Source: Sphingobacteriales bacterium (GTDB lineage: Bacteria > Bacteroidota > Bacteroidia > Chitinophagales > Chitinophagaceae). From it: 64,000 nt of DNA. The translations under genes and the position numbers were made by a program. The notes below the pieces were generated by a model. That model did no database searches and was not told the DNA's origin. It saw nothing but the letters and a program-made list of their open reading frames with translations. Numbering within the stretch: the stretch's first letter is position 1; the number at the start of each line of letters is the position of its first letter. The stretch is taken from positions 1,527 through 65,526 of the forward strand of contig JAPLEF010000011.1 in the NCBI GenBank assembly GCA_026391525.1. The letters are read 5' to 3'. Of the stretch, positions 1 to 9,260 are shown in pieces.

Positions 1-189
1 GATAATCCCGAAGGCCCCGCTGAAAGTTACGATCCTGCCGAACCCGGTGTAGCCAAGAAAGTACAACGCGGCGGATCGTTCTTATGCACCGATCAGTATT
101 GCACCCGGTACATGATGGGAACCAGAGGAAAGGGAGATTGGCGAACGGGTACTAATCATGTAGGTTTTCGTTGTGTGCGTTCTAAATAA
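1..189 (+). CDS. 3' end of a formylglycine-generating enzyme (SUMF1/FGE-sulfatase family) gene, truncated by the window edge
   Basis: Manual frame-1 translation: DNPEGPAESYDPAEPGVAKKVQRGGSFLCTDQYCTRYMMGTRGKGDWRTGTNHVGFRCVRSK*. It has the RGGSFLCxxxYC and GFRC motifs of FGE. Not in the ORF track. Confidence 0.85.
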   Translation, partial: DNPEGPAESYDPAEPGVAKKVQRGGSFLCTDQYCTRYMMGTRGKGDWRTGTNHVGFRCVRSK

Positions 190-327
190 ACCCGTTTATT
201 TTAACTATAATTTTACAAAAAAACTAACGTCAACGAATAGCCGAATTATAAATATCTCAGTAATATTGACCATCATTTTTATGAGATTAACTTTTTTCAT
301 ATTTCTTAAACCTTAAAATCTACACAA

Positions 328-798
328 ATGAAAAAAATCAGTATGCGAATCATGATGGTAATGGCCATCGCCGTTTTTTCAGTAACCAGTTGCAGTTCTG
401 GCGCAAGTATGCTCAGCAGCGGTTCTTCTTTACTCAGTTCAATGGGGGCTAATCCGAGTTTATCTTCCATGACCAGTTTGTTGCAAACCCCGGGCCTCGG
501 GAAAATAATGGGGCCGGCATTGAAAGGGCCTTTCACCATGCTTGCTCCCTCAAACAGTGCATTGAGCAGTTTGGGGCCCGATGCTATCAGCAGCCTTACC
601 AAGCCGGAAAACATCAATCAACTGGCTGATGTTTTGAAAAACCATATCGTTCCAGGTAAACTTGATGCCAACAGCCTGATGAAAGGCGGATTAAAAACTG
701 CCGGAGGAAAAGACCTCAATCTGGCTGGTGTCAATATGAGTGATGCCATCTCCGGTAAAAACTTCAATGTGATTCCGGTTGATAAGATCCTGAAATAA
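328..798 (+). CDS. Fasciclin (FAS1) domain lipoprotein
   Basis: Lipobox-like VTSC; FAS1 motifs GPFTMLAPSNSA and LADVLKNHIVPG. Confidence 0.75.
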   Translation: MKKISMRIMMVMAIAVFSVTSCSSGASMLSSGSSLLSSMGANPSLSSMTSLLQTPGLGKIMGPALKGPFTMLAPSNSALSSLGPDAISSLTKPENINQLADVLKNHIVPGKLDANSLMKGGLKTAGGKDLNLAGVNMSDAISGKNFNVIPVDKILK

Positions 799-847
799 TT
801 TTTCCCGTTAACAATTGATAAACATGCTATCCTGACTTATTTTTTTA

Positions 848-1909
848 GTGAGGGATAGCATGTTTCATTTTATGCAAACGCTCATGAACGGTAGAACTGT
901 TTTTTTTGTTTTGACGTTTTTTTGTTTATCCTCAATAGGTTTTGCACAAAAAAAAGATTCTGTTTTTTTAATAAATGGTTCAATCATCATTGGAGAATTA
1001 AAAGGGCTGAGCTATGGGAAGATTGAAATAGATGGAGATGGCATCGGTATTGTAAAAATCAAATATAATAAAGTCCGCACTATCCAAACCAAAAGTAATT
1101 TATACAAACTAAGTACTACCCGTAAAGAATTGTTGTTCGGCGTTATTGAAAGTTCCGATACTTCAGGCATGATCCTATTCAGATCTGATAAAGGTGTTAA
1201 GCACCTCAGATTAGAAGACATCTCTTCTCTGGCCTATTATGGTAAACGATGGAATACCAAGCTCACCGGAATAGTGGGGTTAGGATATTCCTATACCAAG
1301 TCGAGCGATATTGGAAGGATGAACTTCAATACCTCAGAAAAATATTTTTCCAGAAAATTTGAAGCCATTCTGGATGCAAGTATGATTGTAACCAAAGAAA
1401 GTACTAAAACCTATCGGGAAAGAGAAAACCTCGATATCTCCTGCAATTTCCTATTGGATAACAGTTGGTATGCCAGCACCGTTGCCGGTTATCAACGCAA
1501 TATTCAACTGGGGCTGCTTCGTCGTTTTCGCGAGGGTGGCGGTGTGGGTTACCGGCTCATTCAGAATCATAAAAATGCGGCCAATATCAGCAGCGGGTTT
1601 GTAGTCAACCAGGAAAAAAATTTCAGTGGTGTAAGCACCAATAATATAGAATGGCTACTAACCGGCAATTATCATTTTTTCTCTTTCAATAAACCGGAAA
1701 TCAGTTTTTCAACCACCCAATCGATGTTTACCAGCCTAACTCAAAAAGGAAGGATCCGTTTCGATGGGGAACTCAATGTAACATGGGTAATCATTACCGA
1801 TTTTTCATTTAATCTGAATTTTTACCATAATTACGACCGAAAATCACCCGGAACAAACCAGGCCAGAACAGACTTCGGATACTTGGCCGGAATTAATTAT
1901 AAATTCTAA
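848..1909 (+). CDS. DUF481-like outer-membrane beta-barrel protein (start may be the ATG at 859 or 882)
   Basis: Signal peptide, N-terminal KKDSVFLINGSIIIGELK domain, amphipathic strands, C-terminal GINYKF. Confidence 0.7.
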   Translation: MRDSMFHFMQTLMNGRTVFFVLTFFCLSSIGFAQKKDSVFLINGSIIIGELKGLSYGKIEIDGDGIGIVKIKYNKVRTIQTKSNLYKLSTTRKELLFGVIESSDTSGMILFRSDKGVKHLRLEDISSLAYYGKRWNTKLTGIVGLGYSYTKSSDIGRMNFNTSEKYFSRKFEAILDASMIVTKESTKTYRERENLDISCNFLLDNSWYASTVAGYQRNIQLGLLRRFREGGGVGYRLIQNHKNAANISSGFVVNQEKNFSGVSTNNIEWLLTGNYHFFSFNKPEISFSTTQSMFTSLTQKGRIRFDGELNVTWVIITDFSFNLNFYHNYDRKSPGTNQARTDFGYLAGINYKF

Positions 1910-1997
1910 TTTTTTATAATACAATAGAAATTATTCTACATTCTATTCATTGTAATGCCCTAAATTGCACTCTACTTTACCTTAGAAAGTTCAAAGT

Positions 1998-2819
1998 ATG
2001 AGATTATTCTTTTTCTTGTTAGCCGGATTTTTGTTTTCATTTGGCGGGAATGCCCAAACATTCACCATGGCAAAAAAATGCAATGAACTCAATACTGCCG
2101 CCAATGGATTGCTGAAAGAAAAAAAATACCAGGAGTCGTTGGATGCTTATACTGAAATGAGCAAATCCTGCACCACAAAAGATGCCAAAGAAGTGATTGC
2201 ACTTGGAAAAGCAGAAGCTTTGAACGGATTGGGCAAGTATGAAGAAGCCATTGAAGCTTCAAATGCCGCATTGAAAATTACGAAGAACAAAAGTTTGGGA
2301 GGTTATTTCCAAAAGGCAGTGGCGGAAAGTAAATTGAACCGTTCTGAAGATGCCCGAAACAGTTTTGCCAAAGTGATAGAACTTACAGAAAAAAATCAGG
2401 ATACCAAATCGCGGGCCTCGAATTATGCCTTGATGTCGGCCGGCCAATGGCGCCAATTAGGGAATAAAGACAGTGGTTATTATTATATTGATAAAGCCAT
2501 TGAGATGGATCCCACCAATAGCAATTTCCTGATCCAAAAAGGAGATATGTATATTGAAGAGAAAAAATACGATCAGGCATTTGTGCAATACGACAAGGCG
2601 GTTGAGATGGGAAGAACGGATTTGGATATGTATGTGATCAGGAGCAATGCGAGGATCAATATGGTTCAACAAAAATACAATACCACCAACACTCAGGAGT
2701 TGCGCAGCAAAATGACGCCCGATGAAACGGCGTTGGTTTGTAAAGAACTACGCAAAGCGCTTGACCTTGGTTTGAAAGATATGAAACAGGATATGTTTGC
2801 AGCCCTTGTGTGTAAATAA
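1998..2819 (+). CDS. Exported tetratricopeptide-repeat protein
   Basis: Signal peptide; TPR-like helices (ALNGLGKYEEAIEASNAALKI, KAIEMDPTNSNFLIQKGDMY). Confidence 0.8.
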   Translation: MRLFFFLLAGFLFSFGGNAQTFTMAKKCNELNTAANGLLKEKKYQESLDAYTEMSKSCTTKDAKEVIALGKAEALNGLGKYEEAIEASNAALKITKNKSLGGYFQKAVAESKLNRSEDARNSFAKVIELTEKNQDTKSRASNYALMSAGQWRQLGNKDSGYYYIDKAIEMDPTNSNFLIQKGDMYIEEKKYDQAFVQYDKAVEMGRTDLDMYVIRSNARINMVQQKYNTTNTQELRSKMTPDETALVCKELRKALDLGLKDMKQDMFAALVCK

Positions 2820-2846
2820 TCAAAAGTTTAGAGCTAAATAATCAAC

Positions 2847-3494
2847 ATGAAAAACTTTATCTTTGTTTTCGTTTCAGTTTTAGTTTTGGCTGGTTGCTCT
2901 TCAATGAATAAACAGCAAAAAGGCACTGCTATCGGAGCAGCAGGTGGTGCTGCACTAGGAGCTTTGGTGACCAAAGGAAGTGTATGGGGCATTTTAGCCG
3001 GAGCAGCAATTGGCGGCGCGGCTGGAAATTTGATTGGCAAAAAAATGGACGCTCAGGCTAAAGAATTAACTCAGGCAGTACCTACAGCTCAGGTAGAAAG
3101 AGTTGGAGAAGGGATCAATATGACTTTTGAATCGGGTTTGATGTTTAAAATCAATAGTGCTGATATAAACGAATCGTATAAGGATGATCTGGCAAGCGCT
3201 ACGGCAGTGTTCGCTAAATATCCCGAAACCAATCTCATCATCGAAGGGCATACCGATGATACCGGAAAAGACGAATTTAATATGGCATTATCCGAAAAAA
3301 GAGCAAAAGCTGTAGGTGATTTCCTCAAATCGAAAGGCATTGCTGCATCAAGGATCACTGAAAAATGGTATGGCGAAGCACAACCCAAATATCCAAATGA
3401 TACGGAAGAAAACAGGGTTAAGAACCGCAGGGTTGAAATTGCTGTGATAGCTAATGACGAAATGAAACAAAAAGCAAACGAAGGAAAATTATAA
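2847..3494 (+). CDS. OmpA-family lipoprotein with glycine zipper
   Basis: LAGC lipobox, GAAGGAALGA zipper, IEGHTD..G...N..LSEKRA and NRRVEI motifs of the OmpA C-domain. Confidence 0.92.
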   Translation: MKNFIFVFVSVLVLAGCSSMNKQQKGTAIGAAGGAALGALVTKGSVWGILAGAAIGGAAGNLIGKKMDAQAKELTQAVPTAQVERVGEGINMTFESGLMFKINSADINESYKDDLASATAVFAKYPETNLIIEGHTDDTGKDEFNMALSEKRAKAVGDFLKSKGIAASRITEKWYGEAQPKYPNDTEENRVKNRRVEIAVIANDEMKQKANEGKL

Positions 3495-3570
3495 CACAAA
3501 CTGCTTATTAAGAATAAACCAATAATTACTATAATCAATCATCAAATTTCATTAATAAAAACAAAAAAAA

Positions 3571-4242
3571 ATGAAAACACTTCTTACTGTATTGCTGCTT
3601 TCAATCACCATTTCCATCACTGCCCAAACGCAAACCAGAACAACTTCTGCAGCTTCTGCAACTAAGGGCATGAGATTCAACGCTTATGGCAATTATATTT
3701 TTGACGACAGGGTAGATTCTTATTATGATGCAAACAATTATTACAAAGGAAAAGTAAAGGCTGGTTTTCAATGGGGTTTGGGTTTTGAATATATGGTACA
3801 CCCTATGTATGGTATTGAACTTTCTTACTTAAGAGAAGATACCAAAGCACCTCTTAATAATCTTGCTTACCCTGTGAAGCCTTATGAGTATGATTTAGCC
3901 ATAAACTACATTTTCTTATCTGGAACCAGGTATTTCCGTAAGCCGGGTGGAAAGGTTGAAGGTTTCGGTGGGTTAGGTGCCGGAGTGGGTATCTTCAATG
4001 CAAAAGATAATGTACGTTCAAGTAACCTTACTAAATTTTCATGGCAGTTACGAGGTGGTGCTATAATCTGGGCCTCAGAAAATATCGGTATCAGGTTGCA
4101 AGCCCAATTGCAATCTGCAGTGCAGGCATTTGGTGGTGGATTGTATTTGGGTACAGGCGGGGTTGGTGCCGGTGTAAACAGTTATTCATCAATTATGCAA
4201 TTCGGTTTAGGTGGTGGATTGGTATTCAAGTTCGGTAAATAA
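3571..4242 (+). CDS. Outer-membrane beta-barrel protein
   Basis: Signal peptide, alternating Gly/aromatic strands, C-terminal GLVFKFGK. Confidence 0.7.
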   Translation: MKTLLTVLLLSITISITAQTQTRTTSAASATKGMRFNAYGNYIFDDRVDSYYDANNYYKGKVKAGFQWGLGFEYMVHPMYGIELSYLREDTKAPLNNLAYPVKPYEYDLAINYIFLSGTRYFRKPGGKVEGFGGLGAGVGIFNAKDNVRSSNLTKFSWQLRGGAIIWASENIGIRLQAQLQSAVQAFGGGLYLGTGGVGAGVNSYSSIMQFGLGGGLVFKFGK

Positions 4243-4307
4243 TCTAATCTTTAATGTATTTAGTATTGATTACTAATATTGCTTTTTTAACCAAATAAAA
4301 CAATTGT

Positions 4308-4814
4308 ATGAAAAAGTTTCTTACCACTGCAGTATTTGTTGCTTTCCTTTTTGGAGCTAATGCCCAAAAGAAAGTGGGTGGCGAATGGTCAATCGGACCA
4401 CGCTTAGGTGGTTCATCCGGTTTGAGTTTGAAAAAACATGGCGGTACATCAGCTTTTGAATTCATAGCAGCCAATTCATTCGATAAAGAAGTTGAAGGAT
4501 TTTCACTTACTGTATTGTTTGAAAAGCTGGCACCATTAAATGGTAACGGACAATTAAGCGCATTGTTTGGTGCAGGTATGAATCTTACTTTTGCCGATGT
4601 AACACAGGTTGGCGTAAGTGGGGTGCTTGGTTTCGACTGGCGTTTGAAAACAGTACCCATTACCATGCAGGTAGACTGGATGCCAACATTATATTTTGTT
4701 AATGGTACTTATTTCAGTGGCGTGAATGGGGCTTTCACCATCCGGTATATTTTGAACCATAAGAAATATGATGATAAAAGCAAAAGTAAAAAAAGTAAAA
4801 GCAACACAGACTAA
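4308..4814 (+). CDS. Small outer-membrane beta-barrel-like hypothetical protein
   Basis: Signal peptide; WSIGPRLG, GVLGFDW and VDWMP strands; basic C-terminal tail. Confidence 0.6.
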   Translation: MKKFLTTAVFVAFLFGANAQKKVGGEWSIGPRLGGSSGLSLKKHGGTSAFEFIAANSFDKEVEGFSLTVLFEKLAPLNGNGQLSALFGAGMNLTFADVTQVGVSGVLGFDWRLKTVPITMQVDWMPTLYFVNGTYFSGVNGAFTIRYILNHKKYDDKSKSKKSKSNTD

Positions 4815-4873
4815 TTTTTAGTATTGTAACTGGAATAAGTGCTATTTTTTGAATATTTAGATCTTTTGCCGAA

Positions 4874-5533
4874 ATGAAGAATTTAGTTTTAACGATAAAG
4901 CTGTTGTTTTTAATAATGGCTTTATCTATAGTTTCCTGCTCATCCTCAAAGGATACCACCGCTACCGGGGTATGGGTGAACAAAGAAAAAATGGAAGGAA
5001 AATCGTATAAGGCCATTTATTTTATTGTGGAAACCAAAGATATCCAGGCCAGGCAAAGGGTAGAAAGCGATTTGGCAAATGAAGCCATTTCAAAAGGGTA
5101 TAAAGCTGTGAAAAGTATTGATGTAATTCCGCCAACATTATCCGATCCTCAATTACCATCTAAGGAAGCCATTATTGAGAGTGTAAAATCAAGCGGATGC
5201 GATGCGGTTTTTGCAGTTTCCTTACTCAGCAAGGAAGAAAGCGTTCGGTACACACCGGGCGTCACCTCTTATACTCCAATGCCTTATTACGCATGGACGG
5301 GAACATTCGGTGGATATTACGATTATTGGTACCCTACAGTAAATTCTCCGGGTTATTATACTCAGGACAAAGAGTATTTTATACAAAGCAATTTATATGA
5401 TGCTGCTTCCGGCGAATTGATGCTATCCGTACAGTCGAAACTCTACAATCCTGAATCGCTCAACGATTTCAGTAAAGTGTATGTAAGTAATCTCGTAAAA
5501 AAATTGCAACAATCCGGCATCGGAAAAAAATAA
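4874..5533 (+). CDS. DUF4136-like lipoprotein
   Basis: IVSC lipobox, Tyr-rich central loop (GYYDYWYP), C-terminal SNLYDAASGELMLSVQS. Confidence 0.6.
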   Translation: MKNLVLTIKLLFLIMALSIVSCSSSKDTTATGVWVNKEKMEGKSYKAIYFIVETKDIQARQRVESDLANEAISKGYKAVKSIDVIPPTLSDPQLPSKEAIIESVKSSGCDAVFAVSLLSKEESVRYTPGVTSYTPMPYYAWTGTFGGYYDYWYPTVNSPGYYTQDKEYFIQSNLYDAASGELMLSVQSKLYNPESLNDFSKVYVSNLVKKLQQSGIGKK

Positions 5534-5587
5534 TTACCTAAAGGAAAGTTTTTTAGCTTTCCTTTTTTAAAAAGTCAATTTTCATCT

Positions 5588-7999
5588 ATGAAAAAGATTG
5601 TATCAGTTACGATGCTGTTGCTACTTACTGCATTCGTTAACTTCTGTTTTGCACAAACCGGTGCCGAATGGCCTAAAGAAATCCCACTTCAAACCAATGG
5701 CGGTAAGATCATCATTTATCAGCCACAGCCCGATGAACTTAATGGCAATACCCTAACTGGCAGAGCTGCTATAGCAGGGAAGGAAAATGCCAAAGACGAA
5801 CTCACCTTCGGGGCCATTTTTTTTGAGGCTAAACTTTCAACTGATAAGGCCACCAGAATGGCTACAATGGAATCTTTCAAAATTACCAATGCAAAGGTTA
5901 CAGGTCTCGATGACCAGGCTAAAATAACCAAGCTCATTTCAATCATCGAAACTGAAGTGCCTAAATGGAATTACGATTTATCGATTGATGATTTGGTAGC
6001 CACACTTAAAAAAGATCATCCTAATGCAGAAGTGTATAACAACACGCCTCCAAAAATCATCTACCGCGATAAGCCAACCACATTGGTTATTTTAGATGGT
6101 GAGCCTAAAGTAAAAAAAGACAAAGACCTCGATGCTGATCGTGTAATCAATTCGCCAAACCTTATTTTCAAGGAAGGCAGTCAGTGGAACATGTATGAAG
6201 GGGGTACCTGGTATAAATCCTCATCCATTCTCAGTGGATGGTCTGCCCAAAAATCCATGTCGAAAAAAGTAAGCAGCATCAATGATCAAATCAAAAAACA
6301 GGAAAAAGAAAATAACGACAATAAAGCCCCAACCGAAAAGCCTGAAGTAACCGATATCATCGTTAGCACCGTTCCAGCTGAAGTGATACAAACCAAAGGT
6401 GCACCTCAGTACAAAAAAATTGATAGTACCAACCTCGAATATGTAAGTAATACTACCAATGATATTTTCCGCGAGCCTACCGGTCAAATTTATATCCTCA
6501 TTGCAGGAAGATGGTTTAAGTCTGCCTCACTTAACGGCCCATGGGTTTTCAATGAATCTGATAAGATGCCTGCAGATTTTGCACGTATACCCGAAGGTTC
6601 CGAAAAAGATAGGGTGCTGGTGAGTATTTCGGGTACTAATGCCGCCGAGGAGGCCATCATTGATGCAGAAATTCCTCAAACCGCAAAGGTAGACCGTAAA
6701 ACGGCAACCGTAAAAGTGGAGTATGATGGTGAACCTAAATTTGAAGCCATCGAAGGTTGCAGCTTACAGCTAGGCATAAACGCTAATATCACGGTTCTTA
6801 AGGAAGCCAGTGGCAAATATTTCGCACTCGATAACGGCATTTGGTTTGTATCGGCTGCTGCAAAAGGCCCATGGAAAGTTGCAGATGTTCGCCCCGCTGA
6901 TGTAGAAAGTATTCCGGCTAAATCATCTGCCTACAATTCAAAATTCGTTCATATTTATGAAACAGCTTCCGATTATGTAGTGGTAGGTTACACCGGAGGT
7001 TATCTGGGCAATTATGTTCAGGGCGATCCGACGGTTGTATTCGGAACAGGATTTTATTATGCACCCTGGTATGGCAGTATATACTACCCAAGGCCTTGTA
7101 CCTGGGGCTTCAGCTTCTGCTACAATCCTTATACGGGTTGGAGTATGGGTTATGGCTTTAACGTAGGTTTCATGCATATCGGCATCGGTTTTGGTGGAGG
7201 TTATGGTTATGGTGGTTGGTTTGGTCCGCCAATGTATTACCCTCCTTATCGTCCGCCTTATTATGGAGGTGGTTATTACGGAGGAGGATATTATGGAAGG
7301 CCAGGTTATGGTGGAGGAGGATATCATGGTGGCAATAACAATATCAACATCAATAACAACATCAATATCAATAATAACCACAACAATATTTACCGTCCTA
7401 ATAATCGTCCTGGAAATACTGGAAATAATAACAATCGTCCAGGCGTTTCAACCCGTCCGGCTAATACAAAAGATAATCGGCCGGGGAATAATTACCGGCC
7501 TCAGGACCGCCAGGGAAATACCAATGCAGTGAACCGCCCTAATACCAAGCCTGCTTCAGCCGACAATCGCCTTCCATCCGTAAATAATCAAACCCGCCCT
7601 GCAGCCAAACCTGCAAACACCTCTAATGATGTTTTTGCTGATAAAGACGGAAATGTATTTCAACGCGATAAGCAAGGAAATGTAAACCAGCGTGATAATA
7701 AAAACAACAACTGGACAAAACCTGCCAATCCTGGTCCAACGAATATCGATCGTGAAGCAAACTCTCGCGACAGGAGCAATCAGCAACGGGATAATTTTAA
7801 TTCCATGCAGCGGCCAACGCCTTCAACAAGGCCAACACCGACTAACAGGCCATCCACGATGCCATCGCCGTCAACCCGACCTATGCCTTCAAACAGGCCT
7901 TCAACTATGCCGTCGCCATCAAGCAGGCCGGCACCATCATCAAGGCCCGCACCATCAAGCAGGCCGGCACCAAGTGGAATGGGAGGAAGAAGAGGGTAA
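5588..7999 (+). CDS. Large exported hypothetical protein with a Gly/Tyr-, Asn- and Pro/Ser/Arg-rich low-complexity C-terminal third
   Basis: 803-aa ORF; signal peptide; repeated W(Y/F)KS..L.GPW modules; disordered tail. Confidence 0.8.
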   Translation: MKKIVSVTMLLLLTAFVNFCFAQTGAEWPKEIPLQTNGGKIIIYQPQPDELNGNTLTGRAAIAGKENAKDELTFGAIFFEAKLSTDKATRMATMESFKITNAKVTGLDDQAKITKLISIIETEVPKWNYDLSIDDLVATLKKDHPNAEVYNNTPPKIIYRDKPTTLVILDGEPKVKKDKDLDADRVINSPNLIFKEGSQWNMYEGGTWYKSSSILSGWSAQKSMSKKVSSINDQIKKQEKENNDNKAPTEKPEVTDIIVSTVPAEVIQTKGAPQYKKIDSTNLEYVSNTTNDIFREPTGQIYILIAGRWFKSASLNGPWVFNESDKMPADFARIPEGSEKDRVLVSISGTNAAEEAIIDAEIPQTAKVDRKTATVKVEYDGEPKFEAIEGCSLQLGINANITVLKEASGKYFALDNGIWFVSAAAKGPWKVADVRPADVESIPAKSSAYNSKFVHIYETASDYVVVGYTGGYLGNYVQGDPTVVFGTGFYYAPWYGSIYYPRPCTWGFSFCYNPYTGWSMGYGFNVGFMHIGIGFGGGYGYGGWFGPPMYYPPYRPPYYGGGYYGGGYYGRPGYGGGGYHGGNNNININNNININNNHNNIYRPNNRPGNTGNNNNRPGVSTRPANTKDNRPGNNYRPQDRQGNTNAVNRPNTKPASADNRLPSVNNQTRPAAKPANTSNDVFADKDGNVFQRDKQGNVNQRDNKNNNWTKPANPGPTNIDREANSRDRSNQQRDNFNSMQRPTPSTRPTPTNRPSTMPSPSTRPMPSNRPSTMPSPSSRPAPSSRPAPSSRPAPSGMGGRRG
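7815..7975 (+). repeat. Coding tandem repeats encoding RPTPS/RPSTMPSPS/SSRPAP units
   Basis: Degenerate units such as ccatcaagcaggccggca occur repeatedly at the 3' end of the 803-aa gene. Confidence 0.75.
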
Positions 8000-8020
8000 A
8001 TAGTTTCAATTGTAATTTCT

Positions 8021-8054
8021 AAAGCTGCAACGATAAATTTGTTGCAGCTTTTTT
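8021..8054 (+). terminator. Intrinsic terminator after the 803-aa gene
   Basis: aaagctgcaac-gataaattt-gttgcagcttt followed by a T-run. Confidence 0.8.
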
Positions 8055-8291
8055 AGTGCCAGCTCTGAAGATAGCCGTTTAAAGATCAATGCATTTGGAT
8101 CACCTGTTATGCTGCAGGCGACTGGATTTAACGATCAAGGAATCGAATATCAATTTTGCCATGGATATGAGATGGGAAATAAAGGAAGGACCCGGATTTA
8201 TTTCCATTGGAGGAAATTTCCAGAAGAATTAATTCTACAAAAATTACCTCATAACAAGAGTTTATTTCCTTATTTTAGCAAAAAAATTATC

Positions 8292-8771
8292 ATGAAAAAA
8301 CAATTTATTCCATTCTTATTTTTAGTTCTTATTGGCCTGGCAGGTCAGGCACAAGACAAATCTGAAATTGCCATGATTCGCGAGATGTGGAAAGTAGAAA
8401 AAAAGGATCTTGTACGTGAATACATGGCTCTGGATGAGAAACAATCCGCAGGATTCTGGCCACTTTATGATTCTTATTCACAGGAAAGGGCTTCCTTAGC
8501 CACCAATCGTATGGAATCATTAGAGAATTATGCAAAAAACTATACCACACTCACAGATGAGCAATCTGATGATCTGGTGAAGGCTATCTTGAAAAATGAT
8601 AAAGAAAATGTTGATTTGCAGGAGAAGTATTACAAAAAAATGAAGAAGGTGATCGGTTCTACAAAAGCCGCTCAGTTCTTACAAATGGAATCTTATTTCC
8701 AAACACAAATAAGAGCAGAAGTACAGGAAGCGATTCCTTTCATTGGACAGATAGAACGTAAAAAGGGATAA
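8292..8771 (+). CDS. Exported all-helical hypothetical protein (start reassigned from 8109 to 8292)
   Basis: MKKQFIPFLFLVLIGLAGQAQ is a clear signal peptide; FWPLYDSY motif and helical heptads. Confidence 0.7.
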   Translation: MKKQFIPFLFLVLIGLAGQAQDKSEIAMIREMWKVEKKDLVREYMALDEKQSAGFWPLYDSYSQERASLATNRMESLENYAKNYTTLTDEQSDDLVKAILKNDKENVDLQEKYYKKMKKVIGSTKAAQFLQMESYFQTQIRAEVQEAIPFIGQIERKKG

Positions 8772-8792
8772 GATTTTTTTTCGATTGATTCT

Positions 8793-8832
8793 AAAACAGG
8801 CAAATCGTTCATCAGAATGGTTTGCCTGTTTT
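8793..8832. terminator. Bidirectional terminator between convergent genes
   Basis: aaaacaggcaaa ... tttgcctgtttt inverted repeat. Confidence 0.75.
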
Positions 8833-8843
8833 ATTTGAAATAG

Positions 8844-9219
8844 TCAAAACTTAAAATACACAAATAATACCAATGTGTTTTATATAATATGCCAATATTT
8901 TATAAATCTTAAATGCCGATGGTATCAAACAAATAGTACAATGAGGCGATAGCCGATATTGGACTATATTGTTTGTCCAATCGGTATATCTTCCAAAATT
9001 CTTGCAGTCGTTTTCAATGCGGTGATATAGAGGCTTGATATGTGGCATCTGTAAGAAACGTTCAACCTTTTTACGGAGTTGCCCGCTGCCTTTCCCCGGG
9101 ATGATTTCTACTTCTTTTATTTTTTTATCGATGGCATCTTCAAAAGCCTGTTGCAAGGCCTTGTCTATCGCTTTGCTGTTGTTGTAAATATCATGCAGGT
9201 CAACTTTTATTCTTGCCAT
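8844..9219 (-). pseudogene. Smr-domain (Smr/MutS2 C-terminal-like) small protein interrupted near its 3' end by a 121-bp element; currently reads as a 122-aa chimera (8851-9219)
   Basis: DLHDIY and EIIPGKGSGQLRKKV Smr motifs. Removing 8867-8987 restores an in-frame 84-aa ORF ending KNFGR-LFVYFKF* (TGA at 8844-8846). Confidence 0.8.
8867..8987. mobile_element. 121-bp non-autonomous MITE-like hairpin element, copy 1
   Basis: 119/121 identical to copy 2 once copy 2's extra pieces are removed; imperfect terminal inverted repeats ATACCAAT/ATCGGTAT; long internal stem. Confidence 0.8.
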
Positions 9220-9260
9220 ACTATTAATTTCTGATCAACAAAAATGGCTTGTATTTTTTC

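Noticed and set aside
1-189. FGE-fold C-terminus as a diversity-generating retroelement variable region
   Set aside because: It keeps the Cys motif of true FGE enzymes; no template repeat or reverse transcriptase is seen in the window
8109-8291. 61-aa N-terminal extension of the helical protein, or a separate gene remnant
   Set aside because: A clear signal peptide starts at 8292; I recognised no family in any frame of the upstream segment
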